This document shows positions 51,279-64,000 of a stretch of DNA of 64,000 nucleotides, in pieces. Position numbers and translations under genes: made by a program. Origin of the DNA: Mobula hypostoma (taxonomy: Eukaryota); contig NC_086108.1 in assembly GCF_963921235.1 (NCBI RefSeq), forward strand, positions 1,178,001-1,242,000, in the 5' to 3' direction. The notes beneath the pieces are model-generated. The model was not told the origin of the DNA and did no database searches. It saw only the letters and a program-made list of their open reading frames with translations. How positions within the stretch are numbered: the first letter of the stretch is position 1; each line of letters opens with the position of its first letter.

Positions 51279-52164
51279 GATCATACATCTTTGGACTGTG
51301 GAAGGAAACCGGAGCACCCGCAGAAAATCCACACGGTCCTCAGGGAGAAGGTATAAACTTCTTACAGACAGTACTGACCTATGGAACTCAGTCCATTGTC
51401 TCGAAATAAGTTTTGTATGTATTTAGAACACCATATTATTGCATGTGGATAGACTGACTTGGACATAAGTACTAGTCGGTCTGCAGAAAACAAAAAAATA
51501 GGTGGAATTGTGGACACTTTATTAGGTACAAGAGTGGAACCCAGTGTGATCTTCTGCTGCTGTGGCCCATCCACTTCAAGGTTGACGTGTTGTGTGTTCA
51601 CAGACGCTCTTCGCTCCACCAGTTTTGTAACGTGTGGTTATTTGAGTTACTGTTGTCTTCCTGTCAGCTTGAACCAGTCTGGCCTTTCTCTTCTGACCTC
51701 TCTCGTTAATCAGATATTTTCGCTCACAGAATGCCGCACACTGGGTGTTTTTTGTTTCTTGTACCATTCTCTGTAAACTCTAGACGCTATTGTGTATGAA
51801 AATCTCAGGAGATCAGCAGTTCCGGAGATACTCAAATCACCCCTTCTGGCACCAACAATTATTCCACGGTCAAAGTCACTTAGATCACATTTCTTCCCCC
51901 ATTCTGATGTTTGGGCCAAGCAACATCTGAGTCGCTTGGCCATGCCTGCATGCTTTTATGTATTGAGTCGCTGTTAAAGAATTGGCTGATTAGGTATTGC
52001 ATTAATGAGCAGGTGTAACTAATAAAGTAGCCACTGAGTGTGTAGTTAATGGTAGTACCCTTAAAAGCATTAATGTACAGAGAAATTTAGGAGTCAAGGT
52101 GTTCCCTGAAACACAGGTAAAACGAAAAACAGGAGATTCTGCAGCGCATTAGTCCAGTTCAAAG

Positions 52165-53630
52165 TAACAGTTATTATCAAAGTGCATCTATATCACCATG
52201 TACACCCTGAGATTTTTTTTCCTGCGGGCATACTCAGCAAATCCATAGGGTTGTAACTGGATCAATGAAAGATCAACCAGAGTGCAGAAGACAACAAACT
52301 GTGCAGATGGAAATATTAATAATTAATAAATAAATAAATAAATAAATAGATAGATAGATAGATAGATAGCTAGGCAAGAAGTTGAAAATGAGTCCACTGG
52401 TTGTGACGTTTCAGTGAGAGGGTGAGTGAATCTGAGTGAACATCTCCTTTTGTTCAAGAACCTAATTGCTGAGGGGTCGTAACCGTTCTTGAACCTGGTG
52501 GTGAGAGTCCTGAGGCCCTTGTACCTTCTACCTGAGGGCAGCAACGGGAAGAGAGCATGGTCTGGGTGGTGGGGATGTCTGATGATAGTTGCTGCTTTCC
52601 CACAACAGCATTTCATGTGAAATGAGCTCAATGGTTGGGAGAGCTTTACCCATGATGAACGGGGCTAAATGCACTACTTTTTGTAAGATTTTCCATTCAA
52701 GGGCATTGGTGTTCTCGTACCAGCCCATGATGGAGCCAATCAATGTACTCTCCAAGACAAATCTATAGAAGTTTGTCAAAGTTTTAGATGTCATGCCAAA
52801 TCTGCACGATCTCCTCAGGAAGTAAAGGAGCTGACATGCTTTCTTTGCAATTGCACTTGTGTGCTGGGCCTAGGTCAGGTCCTCTGAAATAACACCTAGG
52901 AATTTAAAGTTGATGACCATTTCCACTTCAAATCCCCCAGTGAGGACTGGCTCATGGACCGCTGGTTTCCTTCTCCTACAGTCTATAATTAATTAATTCC
53001 CTGGTCTTGTTAATATTGAGTACAAGGTTATTGTTACGGCACCAGTCAGCCAGATTTTCAGTCTCCCTCCTATGTGCTGATTCATCACCACCTTTGGTTC
53101 AGCCAGCAACAGTGATATCATCAGCAAACTTGAATATGTCGTTGGAGCTGTGCTTAGCCACAGTCACAGGTGAAGTGAGTAGTGCAGGCGTGAAGCACAC
53201 AGCCTTGTGGTGCACCTGTGCCGATGGAGATTGGAGGCGGTATTGTTGCCAATCCGAACTGACTATGATCTGAAAGTGAGGATATTGAGGATCCAATTGC
53301 ACAAGGAAGTAATGGAGGCCAAGGTCTGAGAGCTTATTTATTAGTTTTGAGGGGATGATGGTGTTGAATGCTGAGCTGTAGTCAATGGAGCACATCCTGA
53401 TGTATGTATCTTTGCTGTCCAGATGTCCCAGTGCTGAGTGAAGAGCCAAGGAAATGGCATCTGCTGTGGACCTGTTGCTCCAGTAGACAAATTGGAGCAG
53501 ATCCAAGTTGCTTCTCAAGCAGGAGTTGATATGTTTCATTACCAGCTTCATCAGTGTGGATGCAAGTGCTACTGGATGATAGTAATTGAGGGAGGCCACC
53601 TCACTCTTCCTGGGAAGTGGTATATTTGAA
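52165..53630 (-). mobile_element. Longer Rex1/Babar LINE fragment (RT and 3' end)
   Basis: [39 protein letters not shown], then the C-terminal motif. A (TAAA)n(GATA)n microsatellite lies at about 52320-52370. Confidence 0.8.
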
Positions 53631-53764
53631 GCTGTATATAACTTTATTCAGGCTAAACGTGTATGCAGTTTTGATCGCTCTGTTACAGGAAGGATCTGCA
53701 GGTTTCAGCGAGGGTGCAGATGAGGTTTACTAGATGCTGATTTGATTCAAGGCTACCATTATGT

Positions 53765-54346
53765 CTGAGGCCTCTGTTGGTCAGGATTGACCACGGACGT
53801 TGCGTCCTAGCTGTCTAGATACGCAAGCCAGGGCAGTACGATATGGAGAGCAAGCTGTTGCCCGTGTAGCAGACTCCCCCTCTCCATGTTTCTGTTGAAC
53901 CCAAAGGAAAGGCAATGACTGATATGGTTTGGTACCAGCGACATCACAGGACTTGCCAGTCTGCACGTAGGACTGCCTAAGGGACCCCAGCTCCAGATTT
54001 ATCCCTCAGGGTTTAATCCCGAAGCCTTGCCTGTGAGTCGGTATAGCAGCAGGGCAGTGGAGATTTGAGATCATAGCTTTCCTTCCCCTAGATGAATGAC
54101 CAATCATGACCGGCAAGCCCCATCTGCCCAAAGCAACTGGTTTCAATGTGCCAGTAACCTGCCTTTGCCCCTTCTCCTGTCAGTAGAAATGGTTCTACTG
54201 GGTTTAGTAGCTCAGCCACACATGAAGGCCAGGAGCTGGACTTGGTCATCAGAGGCTGTTTAAGGTGCACACCATTGTGAGCATGAATAGGTAGTGGAAG
54301 CTTGTCCCCATTACCACCCCCTGACTATAACAACATTAAGGAACCA
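53765..54346 (-). mobile_element. Non-autonomous RTE-like element (family B)
   Basis: Reverse-complement homologue of 8945-9375 that extends further 5'. Confidence 0.55.
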
Positions 54347-54604
54347 TTGATATGAGGTTGGATAAATTGGGTTGTTTTTGCTGGAGTTGGTGGAGACCAA
54401 AAGGAGATCCGACTGAAATTTATAAAACTCTGAGAGGCATAGAGAGGGCAGGCAAAGGCTCTTTGTCCAGGGTGGAGATGTCAGACACTAGAGGGTCTTT
54501 TTTTTAAGGTGGAAGTTTTTTTGCACAAGGGTGGTGCTAGAAGCAGATGATGTTCAAATGGCTTTTAGCTTGCCACATGAATATGCAGGGTATGGAGGGA
54601 ATTT

Positions 54605-55172
54605 AAGGTGATTTGGTATGTCACTTAAAACACTGGCAAATTTCTACAGATGCACCCTGGAGAGCATTCGAATTGGCTGTATCAGGTGTTGGTGGTGGGG
54701 GGGGGCAGGGGGGTGCTATTGCACAGAAACGAAATAAGCTGCAGAGAGTTGTAAACTTACTCATCTCCATCATGGGTACCAGTCCCAAAGGTACCCAGGT
54801 CACCTTCAAGGAGCAAGGACTCAAAAAGGCGGTACAGCATCCATCATTAAGGATGCCCATCACATAGGATATAACCTCTTCTCATTGCTACCATTCGGGA
54901 GGAGGTACAGGAGCCTGAAGACACACACACAATGATTCAGGTACAGCCTCTTCCCTCTGCCATCCGATTTCTGAATGGCCATTGAGCCCATCAACACTAA
55001 CTCACTACTTTTTTTATTTCTGTTTTTGACTAATTATTTAATTTAACTGTTTAATTTATATACTTACTGTAATTCTTGGTTTTTCTTTACTATTATGTAT
55101 TCCATTATACTGCGGTCTCAAAGTCAACAAATTTCACAACATATGCCAGTGATATTAAACCTGATTCTGATT
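54605..55172 (+). mobile_element. Rex1/Babar LINE 3' fragment
   Basis: NKLQRVVN..IMGTS; tail CCTGATTCTGA. Confidence 0.7.
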
Positions 55173-56344
55173 ATGATATAAATTATTTAACATATTTTTT
55201 AAATTTATTGTCATACAGTATGGAGTAGGCTTTTCTGGCCCTTTGAGCCATGCTACCCAGCAGTCCCCCGATTTAATTCTACCTAATCACGGGAGAAGTT
55301 ACAATGACCAATTAACCTGCCAACCAGTTCGTCTTTGGACTGTGGGAGGAAACTGGAGCACCCGGAGGAAACCCACGCAGTCATGGGGTGAATGTCCAGA
55401 CTCCTTACAGGCAGCAGTGGGAATTGAACCCGGTTTGTCTGTATTGTAAAGTGTTATGCTAAGCACTACACTATCCAGGAGAAATAAGCAGTTTGGCCTT
55501 GTGCCCAGAACAGATACGGTAGAGCAAGGATGTGTCCCTGTAGTTCCTGTACTGCACTGTTCTATGTTCCCTGTCAGGGGGCAAGACTCCAACTCGTGCA
55601 CTGTGCTTGGGAATCCGCTCCAATAGTTGTCGGTGGTTGACTTTATTGTCACCTGCCCAAGTACTTATATGTACAGGTCCAATGAAAAACTTCTTGCAGC
55701 AGCATCTCAGGCACACAGGATCAGATAAGCAGCTTTCACAAGAAAAGCATAAATTATACCCAAGGAAGAACTCAACTAGAACTAAAAAAGAATGAGAAAA
55801 TCCTTTCTAGTACAGTGATCAAAGTGGTCATAGCGTTGGAGTGAAGAGGTCTGTGCAGTTCGGTTTAAGAACCGAATGGTTGAAGGGAAGTATCTGTTCT
55901 TGGCCATGAGGGTTGTGTGACCTTTGTCAAAGGGACGTTGGGAGGTGATGGCCATTGTGACCACATGTAAACTGCTAGAGGAACTCAGGGAGTCAGGCAG
56001 CAGTAAGACCATAAGATATCAGAGCAGAATTAGGCTATTTGGCCCATCAAGTCTGCTCTGCCATTTCATCATGGCTGATGCATTTCCCTCTCGGCCCCAG
56101 TCTCCCACCGCCTTCCTCTATTCTTTCATGTCCCGACTAGCAAGAATCTATTAACCTCTGCCTTAAATATACCCAATGACTCAGCCACCTGTGGCAATGA
56201 ATTCCACAGATTCACCACTGTCTGGCTGAAGAGATTCCTCTTCATCTTCATTCTAAATGTACATCCCTCTATTCTGAAACTGTGTCCTCTCGTATTAGAC
56301 ACCCCCAACATAGAAAACTCTTGGTTTTAGGTTAAGGCACTTAC

Positions 56345-57310
56345 AGTATCAGGACCGGAAGGTAGTTGGGGAGATGGCCGGAATAAGGAGGTGGGGGAGG
56401 AGTAAGAGCTGGCAGGTGATGGGCGGACCCAGGTGAGGAGGAGCGTTAGATGGTGGGGGGAGAATGGGAATAGACACAGAGGCTAAGGTGATGGGTGGAT
56501 CCAGGTGAGGAGGAGCGTTAGATGGGGGGGGGGTGGAGAATGGGAATAGACACAGAGGCTGAGGTGATGGGCGGATCCAGGTGAGGAGGAGCGTTAGATG
56601 GTGGGGGGAGAATGGGAATAGACACAGAGGCTGAGGTGATGGGCGGATCCAGGTGAGGAGGAGCATTAGATGGTGGGGGGAGAATGGGAATAGACACAGA
56701 GGCTGAGGTGATGGGCGGATCCAGGTGAGGAGGAGCATTAGATGGGGGGGGGGTGGAGAATGGGAATAGACACAGAGGCTGAGGTGATGGGCGGATCCAG
56801 GTGAGGAGGAGCGTTAGATGGCGGGGGGGGGGGAGAATGGGAATAGACACAGAGGCTGGGAGGTGATGGGTGGCAGTGACAAAGGGCTGAAGATGGTGGA
56901 TCTGACGGGAGAGGAAGGTGGAGCATGGAACCAAGTAAGGGAGGTGGGAAGGAGACCCAGTGAAAGAAGTGTGTGGATGATAGGCCAATGGAATGTGGTA
57001 GAGGAAGGGGAAGAAGCTGGGGAATGGGAGCTGGGGTGGGTGTAGGAGGAACGGGCTAGATCAGGAGGAGAGAGAGAAGGGACAGAGGAGGAGTAGGTTA
57101 CCAGAAGCTGGAGAGCTCAACTTTCACACCATCAGTTCGCAGCCCACCTTGAGAGAATGCGAGGGGCTGTTCCTCTGCTCTGTGCTCATCATCACTCTGA
57201 CAGTGAGGGAAGTCAAGGACAGATAGGGAACGCAGAGGAGAATTAAGATAGTTGGCTACTGGGAACTCCAGAAGGCCGAAACAGACAGAGCGCAGGTGGT
57301 CAGCCAAGCT
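56345..57310 (-). mobile_element. Penelope-like 3' fragment containing an internal tandem repeat
   Basis: ORF-end remnant ADHLRSVC...AEEQPLAFSQGGLRTDG followed by the pyrimidine-rich 3' region. Confidence 0.6.
56414..56858. repeat. Minisatellite, 6 copies of about 72-77 bp
   Basis: Unit AGGTGATGGGCGGATCCAGGTGAGGAGGAGCGTTAGATG(G)nAGAATGGGAATAGACACAGAGGCTG. Confidence 0.9.
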
Positions 57311-58211
57311 GTGTAGAGCAGGACTGAAGGGCACATGGAGGAGGAGAATGGAGATAGCATTAATGGTAGAGAGGTGATGGGTGGGGGCAACAAAGGGTTG
57401 AAGATAGGGGGATGATTGGAGGAAAGTAAAGTGGGGGATATCAGATGTAAGTTCTTTACACATGGATGCCAGGGATAGTGGCAGAGGCAGATACATTAAG
57501 AGCATTTAAGAACGCACTGCCAGGGCTGGTGGTAGGCAGATGCAGTGGGGGAATTTAAGAAACTCTTCGAGAAGAACATGGATGACAGAATAATGGAGGG
57601 CTATGTGGAGGGAGGGGTTTGATTGATCTTAGAGTAGGTTAAAATTTCAGCACAACAGCACGGGTCAAAGGGCATCGACTGGTCCATATACAGTATTGAT
57701 GCACTTACCCTGAAAGATAAAATTTATATCAGTTGGGTGAACAGGAAAGTGTTAATCTATTTCTTGTTCAACTTGGAAGCATTGTGTCCTTTTAATTGAA
57801 TAGTTAGTACACTGAACGAGGCCATTTGACCCATCAGACCTATACTAGCCCTCAGCCAGAGTAATTCTTCAGCTGTGCTTTGTAACTTTCCAAATTTTTC
57901 TCCATGATATATCTATCCGGTTCCTGGTTAAGCAAATTACACTAAATGCTGTTCATTAGACCATAGGACATAGGAGCAGAATTAGCCCATTTGGAACATC
58001 GAGACAGCTTAGCCATTCCACCATGACTGATATATTATCCCTCTCTACCCCTTTTTCCTGCTTTCTCCCCATAACCTTTGACACCCTGACTAATCAAGAA
58101 CCTCTCAATGTCTGCTTTAAATATACCCAAGCTACCTGTGACAATGAATTCCAGAAACTCACTACCCTCTGGCTAAAGAAATTCCTTCTCATTTCAGCAG
58201 GGCTTCCCAAC

Positions 58212-58678
58212 TGTTTTTATACCATGGACACCCCCCCCCTTACCATTAACTGAGTACCCCCCCACCATCAACTTTTTTATACCATGGACCCCCCCACCAT
58301 TAACTGAGTACCCCCCCACCATTAACTTTTTTATACCATGGACCCCCCCCACCATTAACATTTTTATACCATGGACCCCCGCCCACCATTAACTGAGTAC
58401 CCCCCCACCATTAACTTTTTTATACCATGGACCCCCGCCCACCATTAACTGATTACCCCCCCACCATTAACTTTTTTATACCATGGACCCCCCTGCCATT
58501 AACTGAGTACCCCCCCACCATTAACTTTTTTATACCATGGACCCCCCCTGCCATTAACTGAGTACCCCCCCACCATTAACTTTTTTATACCATGGACCCC
58601 CCTGCCATTAACTGAGTACCCCCCCACCATTAACTTTTTTATACCATGGACCCCCCCCTGCCATTAACTGAGTACCCC
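58212..58678. repeat. Minisatellite, about 9 copies of about 55 bp, inside a hAT-like MITE
   Basis: ATACCATGGAC(C)n..CCATTAACTGAGTA(C)nACCATTAAC(T)n recurs 9 times, with one short unit. Confidence 0.9.
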
Positions 58679-59574
58679 AGGGTGTGAACCCTGTTCTGAA
58701 AGGACATCTTTCTATTCTGAAGCTGTGCCCTCTGGTCCAAGACTTCCCCAATTAAATTCTGATATGTTAACGCCCAGGGATTTAAGTCTGCTGACTCTCT
58801 CCATCATTGATCCCCACAAAGTAGACTGGTACATCTTCACACCTATTACCATACTGAAGCCAACGATTAGCTCCCGAGTTTTTGCTGACGTTGTGTTAGT
58901 GGCACCACTCAAGCTGGTGTCCTGTCTCACTTCAGTAAACTGACCTGTCACCGTGTGATAATCCAACCAACAACGATGGTAATCATCATTGTTCTGTGCC
59001 GTGTCGTATGACGTGGGTGATCATGGGCTATCCATGACTATGATTGCTTTTGGCTAATTTTTCTTCAGAAATGGTTTGTCATTGCCTTCTTTTGGGCAGT
59101 GTCTTTACAAGACGGGTGACCCCAGCCATTATCAATGCTCTTCAGGGATTGTCTGCCCGGCATCAGCAGTCGCATAACCAGAACTTGTGATCTGCACCGG
59201 CTGCTCATACGACCATCCACCACCTGCTCCCATGGCTTCACATGACCCTGACTGGCGGTGGGCGGGGGGGGCGGGGGGGGCGGGGGGCGGCTAGGCAGGT
59301 GATACACCTTTCCCAAGGGTGACCTGCAGGCCAGCAGAGGGAAGGAGCACCTTACACTTCCTCTGGATATCCACTGCACCATCCAAACAACAATAATGTC
59401 ATCAGTAAATTTGAAGAAGGCGTTGGAGCTGTGCTTCACCATTCAGTCATACATGTACTGACAGAACAAAGCAGGAGGCTGAGCAGGGTGCACCTGTGTT
59501 GATGGTCAGCGAGGAGGAAATGTTGGTCTGCTGATGAGGTTGAGTTCTCTGCAGTTCCTTGAAATCATCGGCAG

Positions 59575-60255
59575 AGCAGCTTAGCACTTAACATCAATAA
59601 GACCAAGAAATTGAGTGTACATTTCGGGAAGAAGTTAGGAGAACGCCCACCAGTCTTCATCAAGGGATGGGCAGTGGAAAGGGTGAGTGGCTTCAGTTCC
59701 TGCAGGTCAATATCTCTGAAGACCCATCCTCGGCCCGACATACTGATGTTATTATGAAGAAAGCACACCAGAAGCTACATTTCATCAGGAGTTTGAGGAG
59801 AATTGGTACATCACCAAAGGCACTCACAAATTTCTGTGCAGATGTACCGTGGAGAGCATTCTAACTGGTTGCATCAACGATCGGTCCAGTGCACAGCTGT
59901 CGAGGGTTGTAGACTCAGCTCCATCACGGGTGCTAGCCTTCCCACCACCGAGGTAACCTTGACAAGGTGTTGCCTCATGAAAGTGGCATCCGTTATTAAT
60001 GACCCTTGCCATCCAAGACATGCCATCTTCTCATTACTATCATCAGGGAGGAGGTACAGGAGCCTGAAGACCCCCATTCAACATTTTAGGAACAGTTTCT
60101 TCCCCTCCACCATCAGATTTTTGAACAGACCCATAAACCTGTGAATACTACCTCACTTCCTGCTCTCTTTTCTGCAATGCTTTATTTTCATGTATATCTT
60201 ATACCATCTTCAACGTCATGCACCATAATGCTGCCACTAATCAACAAATTTCCCA
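59575..60255 (+). mobile_element. Rex1/Babar LINE 3' fragment
   Basis: KKAHQKLHFIRSLRRIG; DPCHPRHAIFSLLSSGRRYRSL..FRNSFFPSTIRFLN. Confidence 0.75.
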
Positions 60256-61653
60256 GCAACACACAAAATGCTGGAGGAACTTGCCTCTATGGAAGAGAAT
60301 AGAGAGTCAGAGTAGAGAGTAGAGACTAGAGAGTGGCACTTCAGGCTGAGACCCTTCATCTTTGCCATCGCCTCCCAGCTTCTCACTTCACCCTCCTCCC
60401 CCAGCTACCTATCTGCCCCCTCATCTAATTTAACCAATCATCTACCAGCTTGTACTCCTCCCACCTTCTGACTCTGCCTTCTTCCTTCTTCCTCTCCAGT
60501 CCTGAAGAAGGGTCTCAGCCCAAGACATCGACTGTGATCCCCTTTCCATAGGTGCTGCCTGACCTGCCGAGTTCCTCCACCATTCTGGGTATTTGTTCCT
60601 CTGGAGTTCCAGCACCTGTAGATTTTCTCATGTTTGTGAAATTTCCCAGCATCCATACAAAACAGTAAACCAGATTCTGATCCCGGTCCTTTGATCTGCG
60701 CCACCCAGCCACCCCTGATAAAATATAGCCCAATCACAGGACTATTTACAATGACCAAATAACCTACTATGTCTTTGGAAACTGGAGCACCCGGAGGAAA
60801 CCCATGCGATCACAGGGAGAGCGTACAAACTCCTTACTGGCAGCAACGGGATTGAACCCGGGTTGCTGGTACTGTAAAGCGCTGTGTTAACCACTACCCC
60901 ACCGTGCCACTGTACTGAGCCACGATGCATCCTCCTCCTGTACCACTCCAGGTATCACAGTATTCAGACTGGGAGATACTTCACCTTTCCTTCAATGTCA
61001 CTGGTTCAAAATCTTGGAAATCCCTCCCCAGCAACCCTGGGGTCACCTTTCTCCATAAACACTGTAAGGTGCCCACTGACACCTCTACTAGCAGCATCTA
61101 GATCTTATAAGAACAGTAAAAAATTAACAGAGCAACACACACAAAATGCTGGAGGAACTCAGTAGGTCAGGCAGATCCCACGGAAATGAATAAACACCCG
61201 CCCTTCACCAAAGCACTCATCCCTGTGGGTATCCTCTACCCGATGTTCCTATTTGCCCTCTCCACCTCCCCTATTTGGTTCTGTGCCTCACCTTCCTGTC
61301 CTATCAGATTGCACCAGCTGTAGCCCCTGTCACCTCACCTCCCGTTCTCTGTCACTATTCCCATGCCTGTCTATCACTCCTCCTCACCTAGATCCACCCA
61401 TCACCTCCCAGACTCAGGCATCATCTCTTCCTTCTCTCTCTGTTGATCACTCCTCTTCACCTGAATCCACCCATCACCTCCCAGTCTCAGCCATTACTCC
61501 CGCTCTGTCTTTTCCACCTGCCTATCGCCCCTCCTCACCTGGATCCAACCATTACCTCCCAGTGCACAGTCCAGTGCCAACGTGGAAGCTTTCATGGCCA
61601 TGGGCGGGCTGAAGTGGTCGGAAGGAAACCTTTCAAGTAGAGGACACTATTGT

Positions 61654-62718
61654 TGTCATAACGGGGGGCGTTGGTGGCAGACCCAGGTGCAAGACACAGA
61701 CACTGAAGTACTAGGAACAGGACCTGGAGTGTAAAGAAAGCAAGGGAAGAGGGGAAGAATGGACACTGGACATTGACACAGGCCCTGGACGAGACTAGGA
61801 TACAGGGCCTGGGCTAGGACATTGACAAGAAACATGGAACCCAGACAAGGAACTAGGAACAAGGAGCCTGGACTAGTGACTCAGAACTCCGAAACCAGAG
61901 TCTGGACAAGGACCCGGTCTAGGCTAGGACTCTGGACTAGGATCTTGGCAAGGACAGGACATGTCTACAGAACAGGACATGGAACTCCTGCACAGGACGA
62001 GGCACATGGACAGGACGAGAACACAAAGCCTTGACTTGGACAGATCAAGGTTCTTGGAGGTGGCTTGGACAGGACAAAATTCTTGGATGTGGCTTGGACA
62101 GGACAAGAGACTCCTGGACAGGACGAGGGAACCCCAGCACAGGACAAGGGAACCCCAGCACCCGGCTGGGTGGACAGGACGAGAACACGAAGGCTTGACT
62201 TGGTTGAGGGAGACAGGAACGCAGAGCCTTGGTCTTAGGAGACAGGAACACAGAGCCAGGACCCCTCCTTGGGAACAGGATGCAGGGCCGGGACTCATAC
62301 ACAGAACACAGAGAGACAGTTCCCAACAGAAGGTAGCAGCAAATGGCCGGACCTACCTAGCGATGGCGTGGACACAGAGACAGTTCCCAACACAAGGTAG
62401 CGGCAAACGGCCGGACCTACCTAGTGAAGGCGTGGACACAGAGACAGTTCCAAACAATGATAGACAGTTCCTTATCTAGACACAGCAAGGCTCTGGTCTT
62501 GCTCCGGCGGTAGAACTTGACAGTGATACAGGCGAGGACGCAGGCAAGGCTTCAGGAGGAAGGTGAAGGGAAAGGAAGGGAACAGTCCAGCCCAAAATGC
62601 GAATCAGGTGCCTCAATTAGAGCATCGAACAGAACAAGGGAAAACCGGAAAACCTGGAATAAGGAACATGGACTGGACTGTGAACCGGAATGCTGACTTT
62701 ACGGACTGGACCATGACA
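61654..62718. mobile_element. Solo LTR of an LTR retrotransposon (probably Gypsy-type)
   Basis: Inverted termini TGTCAT...ATGACA; perfect 5-bp TSD ATTGT (61649-61653, 62719-62723); internal tandem duplications. Confidence 0.8.
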
Positions 62719-64000
62719 ATTGTGTATTTCATATTTGAGTAATATTGTAAATATGTTGTTGATAAAGCATTCTCTGTCTAAATAATTACGAGTTGTATGT
62801 AAAAATACATGAGTTCCATATGTTACCATTTGATACATGAATACCTCACCTAAAATAAACTCGGTTAGGCCCACATTCCTGGACTCCTGTGTCTTCCTTT
62901 GAATTGTCCATGACTCATGACTGTGTAGGTCTGATCTTAGACGCCCTTTGTGGATCCGGGGGTGGCGAGGGAGCACCTCTGGTGAGGGGGCTTGTCTTGT
63001 CCGTTCCAGGGCAGCTCACTCACCTTTGCTCCCCACCAGACTCTCAGCTCTGACCTGCGGCTCCAAGTAGCCGTCTGCATGCGACAATGGCCATGCTCGG
63101 GTACACCACCTTGACGGGTGTGCTGAACCACATGAGGGTAGCTGGCGAATCTCATTCCCCAGCATACAACCTGAGCTCTGGTGGACTGGGCAGATGAGAT
63201 CTACAGTGAAACCAACAACCGGGAAGGTGGTGCTGAAATGCTCCGTGGAGAGCGAGGGACATGGCAAGACACAGGAGGTGTCACGGTCATCCACTGCAAC
63301 CAAGGAAGGCCCCAGTTTTATGGCACTTGTTCACACCACTGGACCCCAACTTCTGAGATCGCGAGAGTGGAACTGTCCCAGTGTGCCAGATTTTCCACTT
63401 TAAAAACTCTCCTGCATAGGTTTCCTGTCATGGTCAGACGTGACGGACAATCACCATACAGGAACAATGATGGACCATTCAGAAATCTGATGGCAGAAGG
63501 GAAGAAGCTTCTCTTGAAACACTGAGCATGGGTCATCAGTTCCCTGCGCGAGAAGAGGGGAAACGTGCAAACTCCACACAGACAGCATTGAACGCAGAAC
63601 TCTGCTTGGACTCACACAGCAGAGGAACAGGCGTACAGTCCACAATCTCCGTGAACCCGTGGTCTGGCCCTCCAGAGCCCATATGGACGGTACAGTGCAC
63701 ACCATTCTGCACAGTATCAGAAAAAGCTTGTAGGGGTTTGGTAAGCACAACCAGGTCCCTCACCAGCTGAGGCATGCCCTCAACTTGTTACTAGCATTGG
63801 GGAGGAGGTACAGGAGCCCAAAGACCCATGCTCAACCATAAGAGCTTAAAACCAGCATTTTAGTAACAGACTGTTCATCTCCACCATCAGATTTCTGAAC
63901 GGTCCATGAACATTTTGCTTTCTTTTGACACTATCAATCCAGTCATAGTCATACTTCATTGATCCCGAGGGAAATTGGTTTTCATTACAGTTGCACCATA

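Noticed and set aside
61924..62479. ORFs of 124-172 aa as gag fragments
   Set aside because: They lie in repetitive solo-LTR sequence and carry no recognisable protein motif.

Overview
Vertebrate genomic DNA, most likely an elasmobranch (shark or ray); this is inferred from the HE1/V-SINE, CR1, Rex1 and Penelope repeat complement. Most of the window is transposable-element derived. It holds the first two coding exons of a minus-strand BCL11-family zinc-finger gene, probably ZNF296: exon 1 CDS 47704-47755, exon 2 28363-28629, with a probable GC donor on intron 2. Later exons were not found. The main finding lies in intron 2: a 3.8-kb insertion (24013-27849) bounded by an 11-bp target-site duplication. 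It joins the CpG-rich 5' UTR, coding exon 1 and intron start of AP3B2 to a near full-length RTE LINE, which looks like a 5' transduction or promoter capture. About 1 kb away is a bipartite tRNA-SINE built from the 5' UTR and 3' end of the same RTE family. Other notable items are minimal hammerhead ribozymes in Penelope-like fragments, a 42 x 95-bp array grown from a Rex1 3' end with 10-mer and 8-mer higher-order repeats, two more TE-seeded minisatellites, a perfect 38-bp-arm palindrome and a solo LTR. All family and gene assignments are from recognition of the sequence, not database searches, and repeat boundaries are approximate unless a TSD or TIR is given.
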